DNA of 40,000 nt from contig JANJTU010000314.1 of the NCBI GenBank assembly GCA_024710965.1, forward strand, positions 25,222 to 65,221, written 5' to 3'. The position numbers and the translations under genes were made by a program. The notes below the pieces were generated by a model. It saw only the letters and a program-made list of their open reading frames with translations. It was not told the origin of the DNA and ran no database searches. Below, piece by piece: positions 1 through 8,220 of the stretch. Every line of letters starts with the position of its first letter. Position 1 is the first letter of the stretch. Origin of the DNA: Thauera sp. GTDB lineage: Bacteria > Pseudomonadota > Gammaproteobacteria > Burkholderiales > Rhodocyclaceae.

Positions 1-699
1 CGCGGCGAGGGCCTCGCCCTCGAGCCGCGGCAGGCGCAGCACGCGCGGACGGTCGGCGACGCCGCCGACGCCGAGGCGGATCTCGTCGGCGCCGACCGCG
101 GCGGCGCAGGCGACGATGGCGAAGTCGCCGTGGCGCGCCGAGAACTCCTCGAAAGCGTAGCCCCAGCCCGGCGCGGCAAGCGGGTAGCGCACCTCCTCGA
201 CGAGCTCGTCGTCCTGCCGCGCCGTGGTCAGCATGCCCTGGAAGAAGTCGCCGGCCGGCAGCACGCGGCGGCCGCGGCGCGAGCGCAGCACGACCTCGCC
301 GCCGAGCAGGGCGAGGCACAGCGGCAGCTCGGCGCTCGGGTCGGCATGGGCGACCGAGCCGCACACGGTGCCGCGGTTGCGCACCTGGAAATGCGAGATG
401 TAGGGGAAGGCGTGGCCGAGCAGCGGCACCTCGGTGCTGAGCCCGGCGCGCCACTCGACGCTGGCCTGGGTCGCTGCAGCGCCCACCACCAGCCTGCCGC
501 CGTCGATGCGCACGTAGTCGAGCGGTGCCGTGCGCGAGATGTCGAGCAGCCGCGCCGGCTGGGCGAGACGCATGTTCAGCACCGTCACCAGCGACTGCCC
601 GCCGGCGAGGATGCGGGCGTCGTCGCCGTGCTCGGCGAGCAGCGCGCAGGCCTCCTCGGCGGAATCGATGCGGATGTAGTCGAAAGGAGCCGGCTTCAT
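1..699 (-). CDS. Molybdopterin-dehydrogenase FAD-binding subunit (CoxM/XdhB-like); the gene's 3' end runs off the window
   Basis: Absent from the ORF track because it leaves the window. My translation of the reverse strand from the ATG at 699 reads MKPAPFDYIRIDSAEEACALLAEHGDDARILAGGQSLVTVLNMRLAQPARLLD. It carries the AGGQSL motif typical of FAD-binding subunits of Mo hydroxylases. The ATG overlaps the stop of the upstream large subunit (ATGA at 696-699). Confidence 0.8.
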   Translation of the reverse strand, partial: MKPAPFDYIRIDSAEEACALLAEHGDDARILAGGQSLVTVLNMRLAQPARLLDISRTAPLDYVRIDGGRLVVGAAATQASVEWRAGLSTEVPLLGHAFPYISHFQVRNRGTVCGSVAHADPSAELPLCLALLGGEVVLRSRRGRRVLPAGDFFQGMLTTARQDDELVEEVRYPLAAPGWGYAFEEFSARHGDFAIVACAAAVGADEIRLGVGGVADRPRVLRLPRLEGEALAA

Positions 700-3698
700 T
701 TTTTCCACCCCAGCAGTCGCAACAGACGGGTCCACCACGGCGCCGGCCTCGTCGGCGCGCCGCCGGCCTGGCGGCCGAGCTGCTCGAAGAGCTGGGCGAG
801 GACGATGCGCGCCGCGCCTTCGAGCATGCGGCTGCCGACCGCGGCGACCTTGCCGCCGACCTCGGCGCGGTAGTCGTAGGACAAACGGGTGCCACCCGGC
901 ACCGCCTCGAGCCGCACGCGGCCGCTGCCGCGCGCGCTGCCAAGCGCCGACTGGCCGCTGCCGGCGAGCCGCAGCGCATGCGGCGGATCGAGCTCGGAGA
1001 GCGCGATCTCGGCCTCGTAGCGCGCCTTCACCAGGCCGACGCCGACGGTGACGTCGGCGCGGTAGCGGTGCTCGCCGACCGCCTGCAGGCCATGGCAGCC
1101 CGGGATCACGCGTGCCAGCGCCGCCGGGTCGAGCAGCACCCGGAACACCACCTCGGGCGGGGCGGCGATCTCGGTCGTGCCGCTGGCGCTCAGCGCGCGC
1201 CCGCCGCCCTCGCCCGCCGCCGGCTCGGGCGCCTGCGCGCGCGGCCGCGACGGTGCCGGATCGTCGAAGCCGATCAGCGCCATCAGCTTCGCCGGCGTCA
1301 GCGGCAGGCGCAGGTCGTGGCGGTCGCCGAGCGGTGACAGCGCATCGGCCACCGCGTTGGCGACGCACACCGGCGTGCTCATGTTGTTGCCCTCACCAAG
1401 GCCCTTCGCCCCCAGCGGCGTGAACGGCGACGGCGTCTCCAGGTGCAGGATCAGCGGCTCGGGCACTTCGCAGCTGGTCGGCACGAGGTAGTCGGCGAAG
1501 GTGCCGGACTGGAAGCCGCCGTCGTCGGCGTAGCGGAACTCCTCCATCAGCGCCGCCCCCAGGCCTTGGGCGAAAGCACCGCGGATCTGGCCGTCGGCCA
1601 GCGCCGGGTTCAGGATCCTGCCGGCGTCGTGGGCGGTGACGTAGCGGTCGATGCGCACGCGCCCGGTGTGGCGATCGATCTCGAGCGCGCAGATGTCGAA
1701 GGCGAAGCCGTAGGCCGCCGAGGTGTTGATGCGGTCGCCGGCGTCGGGCGCGGCGAGCGGCGCGGGCGTCCAGAACACGGTCTCGCGCAGGCCCGGGGCC
1801 TCGCCTTCGGGCAGCAGCGCCGGCGCCCAGTGCGCGCTGCCGCTGGCGCGGGCGAAGGCGAGCGCGCGTTCCGGCGCGCCGCGCGGGAAGACCTTGCCGC
1901 CGGCGAAGACGATCGCGTCCGCGGCGCAGCCGAACTGGTGCGCGGCGATGCGCGCGAGCTTGTCGCGCAGCTTCACCGCCGCCAGATGCACGGTGCCGGC
2001 GACCGCGCCGGCGAAGCGGCTCGAATAGTTGCCGGCGGCGACCGACCAGGCGTCCTTCTGGGTGTCGAACTCGACGTTGGTGACGATGTCGCCGGGCTGG
2101 AGGCCGAACACATCGGCTGCCACCTGGGCGCACACCGTCATGTGGCCCTGCCCCGCCGGCGCCGAGGCGACGACGACGCTGACGCTGCCGAGCAGGTCGA
2201 TGCTCACCGTGGCGCTGGCGATGGCACCGTTCTTGGGCCCGGCCTTGGCGCGCTGCTCGGCGGTGAGCACGGTGCTGATGTAGCCCATGTTCGAGATCGA
2301 GGGCTCGACGATGGCGGCGAAGCCGATGCCGTACAGCCGGCCCTCGGCGCGCGCGGCGTCGCGGCGCCGATACAGCTCGGCCAGCCCGCCCTCGCGCACG
2401 GCGAGCTCGAGCGCCGCCGGGTAGTCGCCCGAATCGAGCAGCGCGCCGGCCGCGGCGCGGTAGGGGAAGGCCGCGGTTTGGACGAAGTTGCGCCGATAGA
2501 CCGCCAGCGGATCGAGACCGAGCTCGACCGCGATGCGCTGCATCAGGCGCTCGAGGGCGAAGTACACCTGCGGCCCGCCGAAGCCGCGCACCAGCCCGGC
2601 GGGGGTCTTGTTCGTCAGCACGACGCGGTTGCGCACGGCCAGGTTCGCGATCGCATAGGCGCCGGTAAGCAGGCCGTGCATGCGGTAGAAGGTCGCCGGC
2701 TCGGGCGCGCGCAGGTAGCCGCCGACGTCGTCGAACTGGTCGTAGACGAGCGCGGTGATGCGGCCGTCGGCCTCGACCGCCGCCTCCAGCGTGGCCAGGC
2801 GGCCGGTCGCCGAAGTGGCGGCGGTAAGGTGCTCGAGGCGGTCCTCGACCCACTTCACCGGCGCGCCGGCCTTGCGCGCCGCCAGGCACATCAGCACGAC
2901 GTAGGGAAACACGCTCTGCTTGACGCCAAAGCTGCCGCCCGAATCGCGCGGCGACTTGTGGCGCAGGCGCGTGCCCGGCACCTTCAGCGCCAGCGCCATC
3001 ACCGCATGGAGCGAGAACGGCCCCATGAAGTTGGAGGTCACCTCGTAGCCCTCGTCGCCGGGCAGGTGCTCGGCGATGACGACCGCGCCTTCGATCGGGG
3101 TACAGGAGTTGCGCGGATAGCGCACCGTCACCGCGACGCGCCGCGCCGCCGCGGCGAAGGCGGCCTCCGGCTCGCCGTAGCGGAAGCTGCGGTCGCTGAC
3201 GACGTTGCTGCCGACCGCCGGATGCAGCAGCGGCGCGCCCTCGGCGGCCGCGGCCTCGATGTCGACCACCGCCGGCAGGGTCTCGTAATCGACGCGGATC
3301 AGGTCGAGGGCGTCCTCGGCGAGGTAGCGATCCTCGGCGACGACGACGGCGACCGGCTCGCCGACGTAGCGCACGCGCTCGACCGCGAGCGACCAGTGCT
3401 CCATCGGCTGCTTGACGCCGACGACGAAGGGCTGCGACCAGCGCCGCACGTCCTCGCCGGTGAGTACCGCGCGCACGCCGCACGCCGCCGCCGCCTGCGC
3501 GACGTCGATCGCCTTCAGCAGCGCATGAGCGTGCGGCGAGCGCAGCACCGCGGCGTGCAGCGTGCCGGGCTTGACGCCGAGGTCGTCGGCGTAGCGGCCG
3601 CGGCCACTCAACAGCGCGGCGTCCTCGACGCGCTCGAGCGCGCGGCCGACGAAGGGCGCCTGCCGCGCCGCCTCGACGGCGGGGGCGTCGCTCTTCAT
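696..3698 (-). CDS. Xanthine dehydrogenase/CO dehydrogenase-family molybdopterin-binding large subunit with a C-terminal CoxG-like SRPBCC domain (fusion, 1000 aa)
   Basis: The N-terminus FVGRALERVEDAALLSGRGRYADD and the internal GLVRGFGGPQ and GLGEGNNMSTPVCVANAV segments are typical of CoxL/XdhA-family large subunits. After a Pro/Ala/Gly linker (DDPAPSRPRAQAPEPAAGEGGG), the last ~170 aa (EIAAPPEVVFRVLLDPAALARVIPGC...VGGKVAAVGSRMLEGAARIVLAQLFEQL) look like CoxG. ATG at 3698 with GGAGGG upstream. Confidence 0.9.
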   Translation of the reverse strand: MKSDAPAVEAARQAPFVGRALERVEDAALLSGRGRYADDLGVKPGTLHAAVLRSPHAHALLKAIDVAQAAAACGVRAVLTGEDVRRWSQPFVVGVKQPMEHWSLAVERVRYVGEPVAVVVAEDRYLAEDALDLIRVDYETLPAVVDIEAAAAEGAPLLHPAVGSNVVSDRSFRYGEPEAAFAAAARRVAVTVRYPRNSCTPIEGAVVIAEHLPGDEGYEVTSNFMGPFSLHAVMALALKVPGTRLRHKSPRDSGGSFGVKQSVFPYVVLMCLAARKAGAPVKWVEDRLEHLTAATSATGRLATLEAAVEADGRITALVYDQFDDVGGYLRAPEPATFYRMHGLLTGAYAIANLAVRNRVVLTNKTPAGLVRGFGGPQVYFALERLMQRIAVELGLDPLAVYRRNFVQTAAFPYRAAAGALLDSGDYPAALELAVREGGLAELYRRRDAARAEGRLYGIGFAAIVEPSISNMGYISTVLTAEQRAKAGPKNGAIASATVSIDLLGSVSVVVASAPAGQGHMTVCAQVAADVFGLQPGDIVTNVEFDTQKDAWSVAAGNYSSRFAGAVAGTVHLAAVKLRDKLARIAAHQFGCAADAIVFAGGKVFPRGAPERALAFARASGSAHWAPALLPEGEAPGLRETVFWTPAPLAAPDAGDRINTSAAYGFAFDICALEIDRHTGRVRIDRYVTAHDAGRILNPALADGQIRGAFAQGLGAALMEEFRYADDGGFQSGTFADYLVPTSCEVPEPLILHLETPSPFTPLGAKGLGEGNNMSTPVCVANAVADALSPLGDRHDLRLPLTPAKLMALIGFDDPAPSRPRAQAPEPAAGEGGGRALSASGTTEIAAPPEVVFRVLLDPAALARVIPGCHGLQAVGEHRYRADVTVGVGLVKARYEAEIALSELDPPHALRLAGSGQSALGSARGSGRVRLEAVPGGTRLSYDYRAEVGGKVAAVGSRMLEGAARIVLAQLFEQLGRQAGGAPTRPAPWWTRLLRLLGWKK

Positions 3699-3969
3699 CG
3701 CCCGCCCTCCGCCGGTCCCTTCCCGCCCGCTCGCCGCGCATCAGCGCGGCCCGGACGACAGCTGTGCCTGTCCATGCTCCTCCTCCGTCTGTCGCGCCTC
3801 GCCGGGCGCTGCTGTTGCGCACCGATCGGCGTCGGCGCGTGAAGGGGAAGATAGGCGGGGACGGCGGCGCGACCCTTATCGCGGAGTCGGGGGAATTACC
3901 CTGGAGTCTGATTTTTCGCCGCTGCCGCGACGGCACGCAGTGGCCGCTAGCGCAGGTGCGCGGCGGTGC

Positions 3970-4845
3970 TCAACGCGGCAAGGGCTCCGCGCTCTCGGCC
4001 TCGACCACGTCGACGACCTTGCGGTACTCGCTCGGCGTGATGCCGAGATGCTCGCGGAAGAAGCGCGTAAAGTGGCTCTGCGCCGAAAAGCCGAGGTCGA
4101 GCGAGATGCCGGCGATCGCCTCGTTGCCGCTGCTGAGGTTGCGGATCGCCCCCTCCATGCGCAGCACATTCGCGTAGACGCCGGGCGTCAGGTTGGTACA
4201 GCGGCGGAACAGGGCGAAGAAGTGGGCGCGCGACAGGGCGCACTCGGCGGCGATGCGGTCGAAGTCGAGACCCTCGCCGAGGCCGTCGCGGATCAGCGCC
4301 ATCGCCCGCCGGATGCGCGGGTCCGCCGTCTGGCGCCGGGACGCGCGCAGCAACTCGCCGAAGTTGCGCCATTCCGAATTGCGGTCGATGACCGTGATCA
4401 TCAGCTCGAACAACTGCGTCTCCAGGCGCGCGGGCGGAATCGCGTCGGCCACCAGCATCTCGCCGGCGAGTTCGTCGGCGAGCCTGCGCGCATGAGCCGT
4501 GATCTCGACGCAGGGGTGCGGAAAGAACTGCGGATGGCCGCTGACCGCCAGCTGGCGCTGGATCTCGGCGAGCCAGGCCGGCTCGATGTAAAGCGCCAGC
4601 AGCACCGTACGCCCGACTTCTGGCTGGTGGCAGGCGTAGGCGTGCGGCTCCCAGGCATTGACCAGCACCGCGGTCGCGGCGGTCAGCGGCTGCAGCGCGC
4701 CGCGCACGGAAAAGAAAGTGTCCGGCCCGCTGAGCTTGATCAGCGCATGGCAGTGGTGATGGGCGTGCGCGATCAGGGGCTTGTCCATTTCGAGCAGGGC
4801 CACGCGGCCGAAGCGCCCCTGAAAGATCTTGATCGCACGTGACAT
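3970..4845 (-). CDS. AraC-family transcriptional regulator
   Basis: C-terminal double-HTH signature: FDRIAAECALSRAHFFALFRRCTNLTPGVY...ISLDLGFSAQSHFTRFFREHLGITPSEYR. The N-terminal region is His-rich and cupin-like (AHAHHHCH). Confidence 0.9.
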   Translation of the reverse strand: MSRAIKIFQGRFGRVALLEMDKPLIAHAHHHCHALIKLSGPDTFFSVRGALQPLTAATAVLVNAWEPHAYACHQPEVGRTVLLALYIEPAWLAEIQRQLAVSGHPQFFPHPCVEITAHARRLADELAGEMLVADAIPPARLETQLFELMITVIDRNSEWRNFGELLRASRRQTADPRIRRAMALIRDGLGEGLDFDRIAAECALSRAHFFALFRRCTNLTPGVYANVLRMEGAIRNLSSGNEAIAGISLDLGFSAQSHFTRFFREHLGITPSEYRKVVDVVEAESAEPLPR

Positions 4846-4872
4846 GCTGCGTCCTGGCTCGGTGATGGGAAA

Positions 4873-5556
4873 TCAGCGCCCGGACTTCGGGAGCGGCGTG
4901 CCCGCTTCCGTCCGCTCGTCCTGCGGCACCGCACCAATTCGACCGCCGTCTTCGTCCGCCGGTTGCACGTCGGCCGGCACATCGATGTCGGCGAGCACGC
5001 CGGCGTCGTCGCCGTCGATCCGCCGCAGCGCGGCGGCGTGGCGCTGGATCAGCTGGCGCGCGCCCTCGTCACCACGCAACGCGCACAGCTGCGCGCCGAA
5101 AGCGGCGCCGAAGCCGACCGGATGGCCGCGTCTTCCCGCGTGGAAGGGCGCGGCCAGCGGCGCCCCGGCGACGATCGCCTGCGCCACCGCGGCGATCGTC
5201 GCCGGCCGGACGTAGGGCATGTCGGCGAGCGCGATCAGCCAGCCGCGCGCGCCCGCAGTCGCGCCCACGCCGCAGGCGATGCTCGCCGCCATGCCGGCGC
5301 CCGCATCGGCGCACGGCAGCCAGTCGATGCCGGCGGCCGCCAGCGCGGCCTGCAAGGCATGGTCGTCGGGGCGCACCACGGCCAGCACCGCACCGGCCCC
5401 GGCGCGCAGGTTGAGCGCGCTGCGCACGCCCACCGGGCTGCCGTCGGGCAAGAGGTGGCAGAGCTTGTTGCTGCCAAAGCGCGTGCTGCGCCCGGCAGCG
5501 AGCAGGAGGCCGACCACACCGTCAGGGGATGCAGGCACGGCATCGACAGCGCTCAC
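4873..5556 (-). CDS. MocA-like nucleotidyltransferase (molybdenum cofactor cytidylyltransferase family)
   Basis: VVGLLLAAGRSTRFGSNKL matches the N-terminal LAAGxSxRxG..K nucleotide-binding motif of MobA/MocA enzymes. It also has ALADMPYV and FHAGRRGHPVGF. The track ORF extends to a GTG at 5640. I prefer the GTG at 5556, which is preceded by GGAG. The start remains uncertain. Confidence 0.75.
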   Translation of the reverse strand: MSAVDAVPASPDGVVGLLLAAGRSTRFGSNKLCHLLPDGSPVGVRSALNLRAGAGAVLAVVRPDDHALQAALAAAGIDWLPCADAGAGMAASIACGVGATAGARGWLIALADMPYVRPATIAAVAQAIVAGAPLAAPFHAGRRGHPVGFGAAFGAQLCALRGDEGARQLIQRHAAALRRIDGDDAGVLADIDVPADVQPADEDGGRIGAVPQDERTEAGTPLPKSGR

Positions 5557-5658
5557 GGGCGGCTCCAGCGAAAAGTCGGGACGCCGGCAGTGTAACGGCG
5601 GCGCAGGGTCGATGCAGCCTCGCACGTCCGGCGCGGACACGGTCGTGCCCGGCCCGGG

Positions 5659-6159
5659 TCACTCCAGGCGCAGGAAGTTCTCGGCCAGCGCATCCGCGCC
5701 GAAGCGCTCGATCAGGCCGTCGAGCTCGGCGAGCAGACCGTCGTCCTCGTCCTCCTCGAGCGCGCCCTCGCCCACCAGCCGGGTGAGCAGGCCGCCGGTC
5801 ATGGCCTCGCGCACGCTCACCAGCGTCGGCAGATACTCGCGGTTGTCGTCGTTGACGACGGCCTCGATCACGCGCGACAGCGGCTCGCTCGCGCTGACCT
5901 GGAGGAAGTCCACCGCCACCGCATCGTCACCGTACTCCTCGATCAGGGCATCGAGCTCGTCGAGATCGGACTCGGCGACATCGAAGCGGTGCATGCGCTC
6001 GGCCGCCTTCACCGACGGCGGCAGCAGATCGGCGACGAAGCGGCGCAGCTGGCCCAGGGTGATCGGCTGGTCGATGTCCGGATCATTGCAGCGGCTCTCG
6101 ATGAGTTCGCCCAGCCGGGTGCTGACGCGGACGGAAGCATCGATCGGGTTGCGTGCCAT
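5659..6159 (-). CDS. Hypothetical acidic protein with an internally duplicated ~22-aa module
   Basis: The composition is protein-like, not the Arg/Ala-rich shadow type. Two similar segments: DLDELDALIEEYGDDAVAVDFLQ and GLLAELDGLIERFGADALAENFLR. I recognise no family. Confidence 0.6.
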   Translation of the reverse strand: MARNPIDASVRVSTRLGELIESRCNDPDIDQPITLGQLRRFVADLLPPSVKAAERMHRFDVAESDLDELDALIEEYGDDAVAVDFLQVSASEPLSRVIEAVVNDDNREYLPTLVSVREAMTGGLLTRLVGEGALEEDEDDGLLAELDGLIERFGADALAENFLRLE

Positions 6160-6437
6160 GGCTCCTCCCGGGGTCGAAGTGCGGCGGTCATTGACGTTTC
6201 CAATCTATGCCGGATTCGCGCGGATTCAAGGACATCGCACGCGCGCCGGCGTACACCTGCCCGGCGGCGGACAGGCCCGCATCCCATATGCCGTCCAGCT
6301 CGCCCCTCGTCCTGCACCGCGCTTGAGCTTGAAGTGCGCCGCCCCCGGCGACGGTCTTGAAATCTCCCCGGCCCCACCCTAACTAGGTGTTCGGGGCGCC
6401 AGCGAGGGCGCCACCGGGATCACGACAGGAGGCTCGT

Positions 6438-6869
6438 ATGTACTACCGTTCCTTGTTCCCCCGCGACGTGTTCGCGGAACTGGACCGCCTGCAACGCGAG
6501 ATGCAGCAGGCTTTCGACGTCGGCCCCAGCATCCGCGGCCTCACACGCGGCTTTCCGGCGCTGAACGTGGGCGGCACGCCGCGCTCGGTCGACATCTACG
6601 CATTCGCGCCGGGGCTCGATCCGGCCACGCTCGAAGTGCAGCTCGAGAAGGGCACGCTGACGATCGCCGGCGAGCGCAAGGCCGCGCAGGTGCCGGAGAA
6701 GGCCACCGTGCATATCGGCGAGCGCTTTGCCGGCCGATTCCGCCGCGTCGTCTCCCTGCCCGACGACATCGACCCGAACACGATCGAGGCGAAGTACCGC
6801 GATGGCGTGCTGTATGTCCGCATCCAGCGCCGGGCCGAAGCGCAGCCGCGGCGCATCGCCATCCAATAA
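6438..6869 (+). CDS. Hsp20/alpha-crystallin small heat-shock protein
   Basis: ATG at 6438 preceded by AGGAGG (6427-6432). Alpha-crystallin domain features: VDIYAF...LEVQLEKGTLTIAGERK...FRRVVSLPDDIDPNTIEAKYRDGVLYVRI. Confidence 0.9.
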   Translation: MYYRSLFPRDVFAELDRLQREMQQAFDVGPSIRGLTRGFPALNVGGTPRSVDIYAFAPGLDPATLEVQLEKGTLTIAGERKAAQVPEKATVHIGERFAGRFRRVVSLPDDIDPNTIEAKYRDGVLYVRIQRRAEAQPRRIAIQ

Positions 6870-6888
6870 GCAGCGAGGAGGACAGACC

Positions 6889-7269
6889 ATGAACGACCAG
6901 ACCAGCGTTGCCAAGGCGCCCGAACAGGCGCGCGAGGAGGCGACCCTGCTGCCGCCGGTGGACGTCATCGAGGACGCCAGCGGCATCACCCTCTATGCCG
7001 ATCTGCCCGGCGTACCGAAGGACAGGCTGAGCCTGCAGGTGGAAGCCGACACCCTCACCATCGAGGGCGAACTCGGGCTCGACCTGCCCGAGGGCATGGA
7101 AGCGAGCCACGCCGAGGTCGGCCTGCCGCGCTTCCGCCGCGTGTTCACGCTGTCGCGCGAACTGGACGCGGGCAAGGTCAGCGCCGAGTTCAGGCACGGC
7201 CTGCTCACGCTGCGCATCCCGAAGGCCGAGCATGCGCAGCCGCGGCGCATCGAGGTCCAGGTGGCCTGA
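6889..7269 (+). CDS. Hsp20/alpha-crystallin small heat-shock protein (second tandem copy)
   Basis: ATG at 6889 preceded by GAGGAGG. PPVDVIEDASGITLYADLPGVPKDRLSLQVEADTLTIEGE...FRRVFTLSRELDAGKVSAEFRHGLLTLRIPK. Confidence 0.9.
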   Translation: MNDQTSVAKAPEQAREEATLLPPVDVIEDASGITLYADLPGVPKDRLSLQVEADTLTIEGELGLDLPEGMEASHAEVGLPRFRRVFTLSRELDAGKVSAEFRHGLLTLRIPKAEHAQPRRIEVQVA

Positions 7270-7286
7270 TCGGTGCAGCGCCGATC
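7268..7286. terminator. GC hairpin between the convergent hsp20 and vapC genes
   Basis: GATCGG (7268-7273), a 7-nt loop, then CCGATC (7281-7286). It starts inside the hsp20 stop codon. There is no U-tract, so any terminator function is speculative. Confidence 0.3.
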
Positions 7287-7293
7287 GGCCGCG

Positions 7294-7686
7294 CTAGGGC
7301 GGCGGGTCGGCGCGCCAGTCCACGACGTCGAGCCCGGGCACCGCCGCAAAACCGGGCTCGGCGGTGATCAGCGGGCAGTGGGCGGTGAGCGCGTGCGCCG
7401 CGATCAGCAGGTCGAGCGCACCGAGCGCCCTGCCCTCGGCTTCGAGCCGGGTGCGCAGCGCGGCGTAGGTTTCCGCGCAGGCGGCGGTCCACGGCAGGAT
7501 CTCGATCGTCGCCAGCAGGCCCTCGACCACCTGGCGCAGGCCCGGCCCGGCCGGCCGCGACGCCAGCGCGTGACGGATCTCGGCGGCGGTGATCGCCGAC
7601 ACGCACACCGGCCGCCGGCGTACGTAATGCTCCAGCGCCGGCGACTGGCCGCTGACCAGCGCCGCCACGGCATTGGTGTCGAGCAT
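7294..7686 (-). CDS. vapC: PIN-domain ribonuclease toxin VapC (type II TA)
   Basis: MLDTNAVAALV at the N-terminus supplies the conserved first acidic residue of PIN domains. Also TAAEIRHAL and LDLLIAAHALTAHCPLIT. The track ORF starts at a GTG at 7701. The ATG at 7686 gives the canonical MLDTN start. Confidence 0.85.
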   Translation of the reverse strand: MLDTNAVAALVSGQSPALEHYVRRRPVCVSAITAAEIRHALASRPAGPGLRQVVEGLLATIEILPWTAACAETYAALRTRLEAEGRALGALDLLIAAHALTAHCPLITAEPGFAAVPGLDVVDWRADPPP

Positions 7687-7759
7687 CACGCCGCTGCTCA
7701 CCGGAGCACCCGCGCCAGAGGAGAATCAGCGCCATCGCCGGACCGCCGGACCACGGCGC

Positions 7760-8014
7760 TCATGGCCAGTCCCGCTCGCCGTGCTCGCCGCCGTCGCGCG
7801 CAGCGAGGAAGCCGTCGAAGTCCTGCGGCGCATGCTGGCGCAGGCGGTCGCGCAGGCGGAAGAAGTCGTCCCACGAGGCCGGTTTCGGGCTCAGGATCAC
7901 CTCGCCGCTGAGCGGATCGCGACGGATCAACACCTCGTCGCCGGCGAAGCGGAACTCGTCGGGCAGGCGCACGGCCTGGCTGCGGCCCTGCATGAACAGT
8001 CTGGCGGTGAGCAT
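7760..8014 (-). CDS. vapB: AbrB/SpoVT-type antitoxin VapB
   Basis: The in-frame ATG at 8014 lies inside the artefactual 588-aa [46 protein letters not shown] is a typical SpoVT/AbrB looped-hinge-helix antitoxin N-terminus. It sits directly upstream of vapC. Confidence 0.8.
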   Translation of the reverse strand: MLTARLFMQGRSQAVRLPDEFRFAGDEVLIRRDPLSGEVILSPKPASWDDFFRLRDRLRQHAPQDFDGFLAARDGGEHGERDWP

Positions 8015-8034
8015 GGCGGAGTCCGGGGTGGCTC

Positions 8035-8046
8035 GTACAGGTACAG
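8035..8046. promoter_or_regulatory. Tandem GTACAG-GTACAG hexamers just upstream of vapB (candidate VapB operator)
   Basis: A direct repeat GTACAGGTACAG lies 21-32 nt upstream of the vapB ATG. Each unit contains the palindromic core GTAC. This is a sequence observation only. Confidence 0.3.
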
Positions 8047-8220
8047 CATAGTCGATGGCAAACCCCTTTCCCGCTGCGCCCGCCTTCCGCCTACCGCCAA
8101 CCGCCAGCGCCTCCCGCGCAACCCCCGCCTCCCGCGCGCCCCTCGCGGCCCCCACCTCCCGCCCCACCCGCCGCGCACGCTCGCGCCCGGCGCCGGGACC
8201 ACAGCGCCGTCGACCACGGT

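Noticed and set aside
1393-3936. Very long ORFs antisense to, or out of frame with, the Mo-hydroxylase gene (847 aa on the minus strand at 1393-3936; 799 aa on the plus strand at 1443-3842; also 130-873 and 525-1337 on the plus strand).
   Set aside because: The translations are monotonous Arg/Ala/Gly/Pro strings with no motifs. In DNA this GC-rich, stop codons are rare in every frame. The 696-3698 frame has clear family motifs, an RBS and coupling to the next gene.
6328-6381. Possible sigma-32 heat-shock promoter for the Hsp20 pair (CTTGAAA at 6356-6362 followed by CCCCACCCTA at 6372-6381; a second CTTGAAG at 6328-6334).
   Set aside because: The -35-like word is good. However, the spacer to the C-rich -10-like element is only ~10 nt, against the 13-17 nt I expect from the E. 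coli consensus, and the -10 match is imperfect. This is not enough to call a feature.
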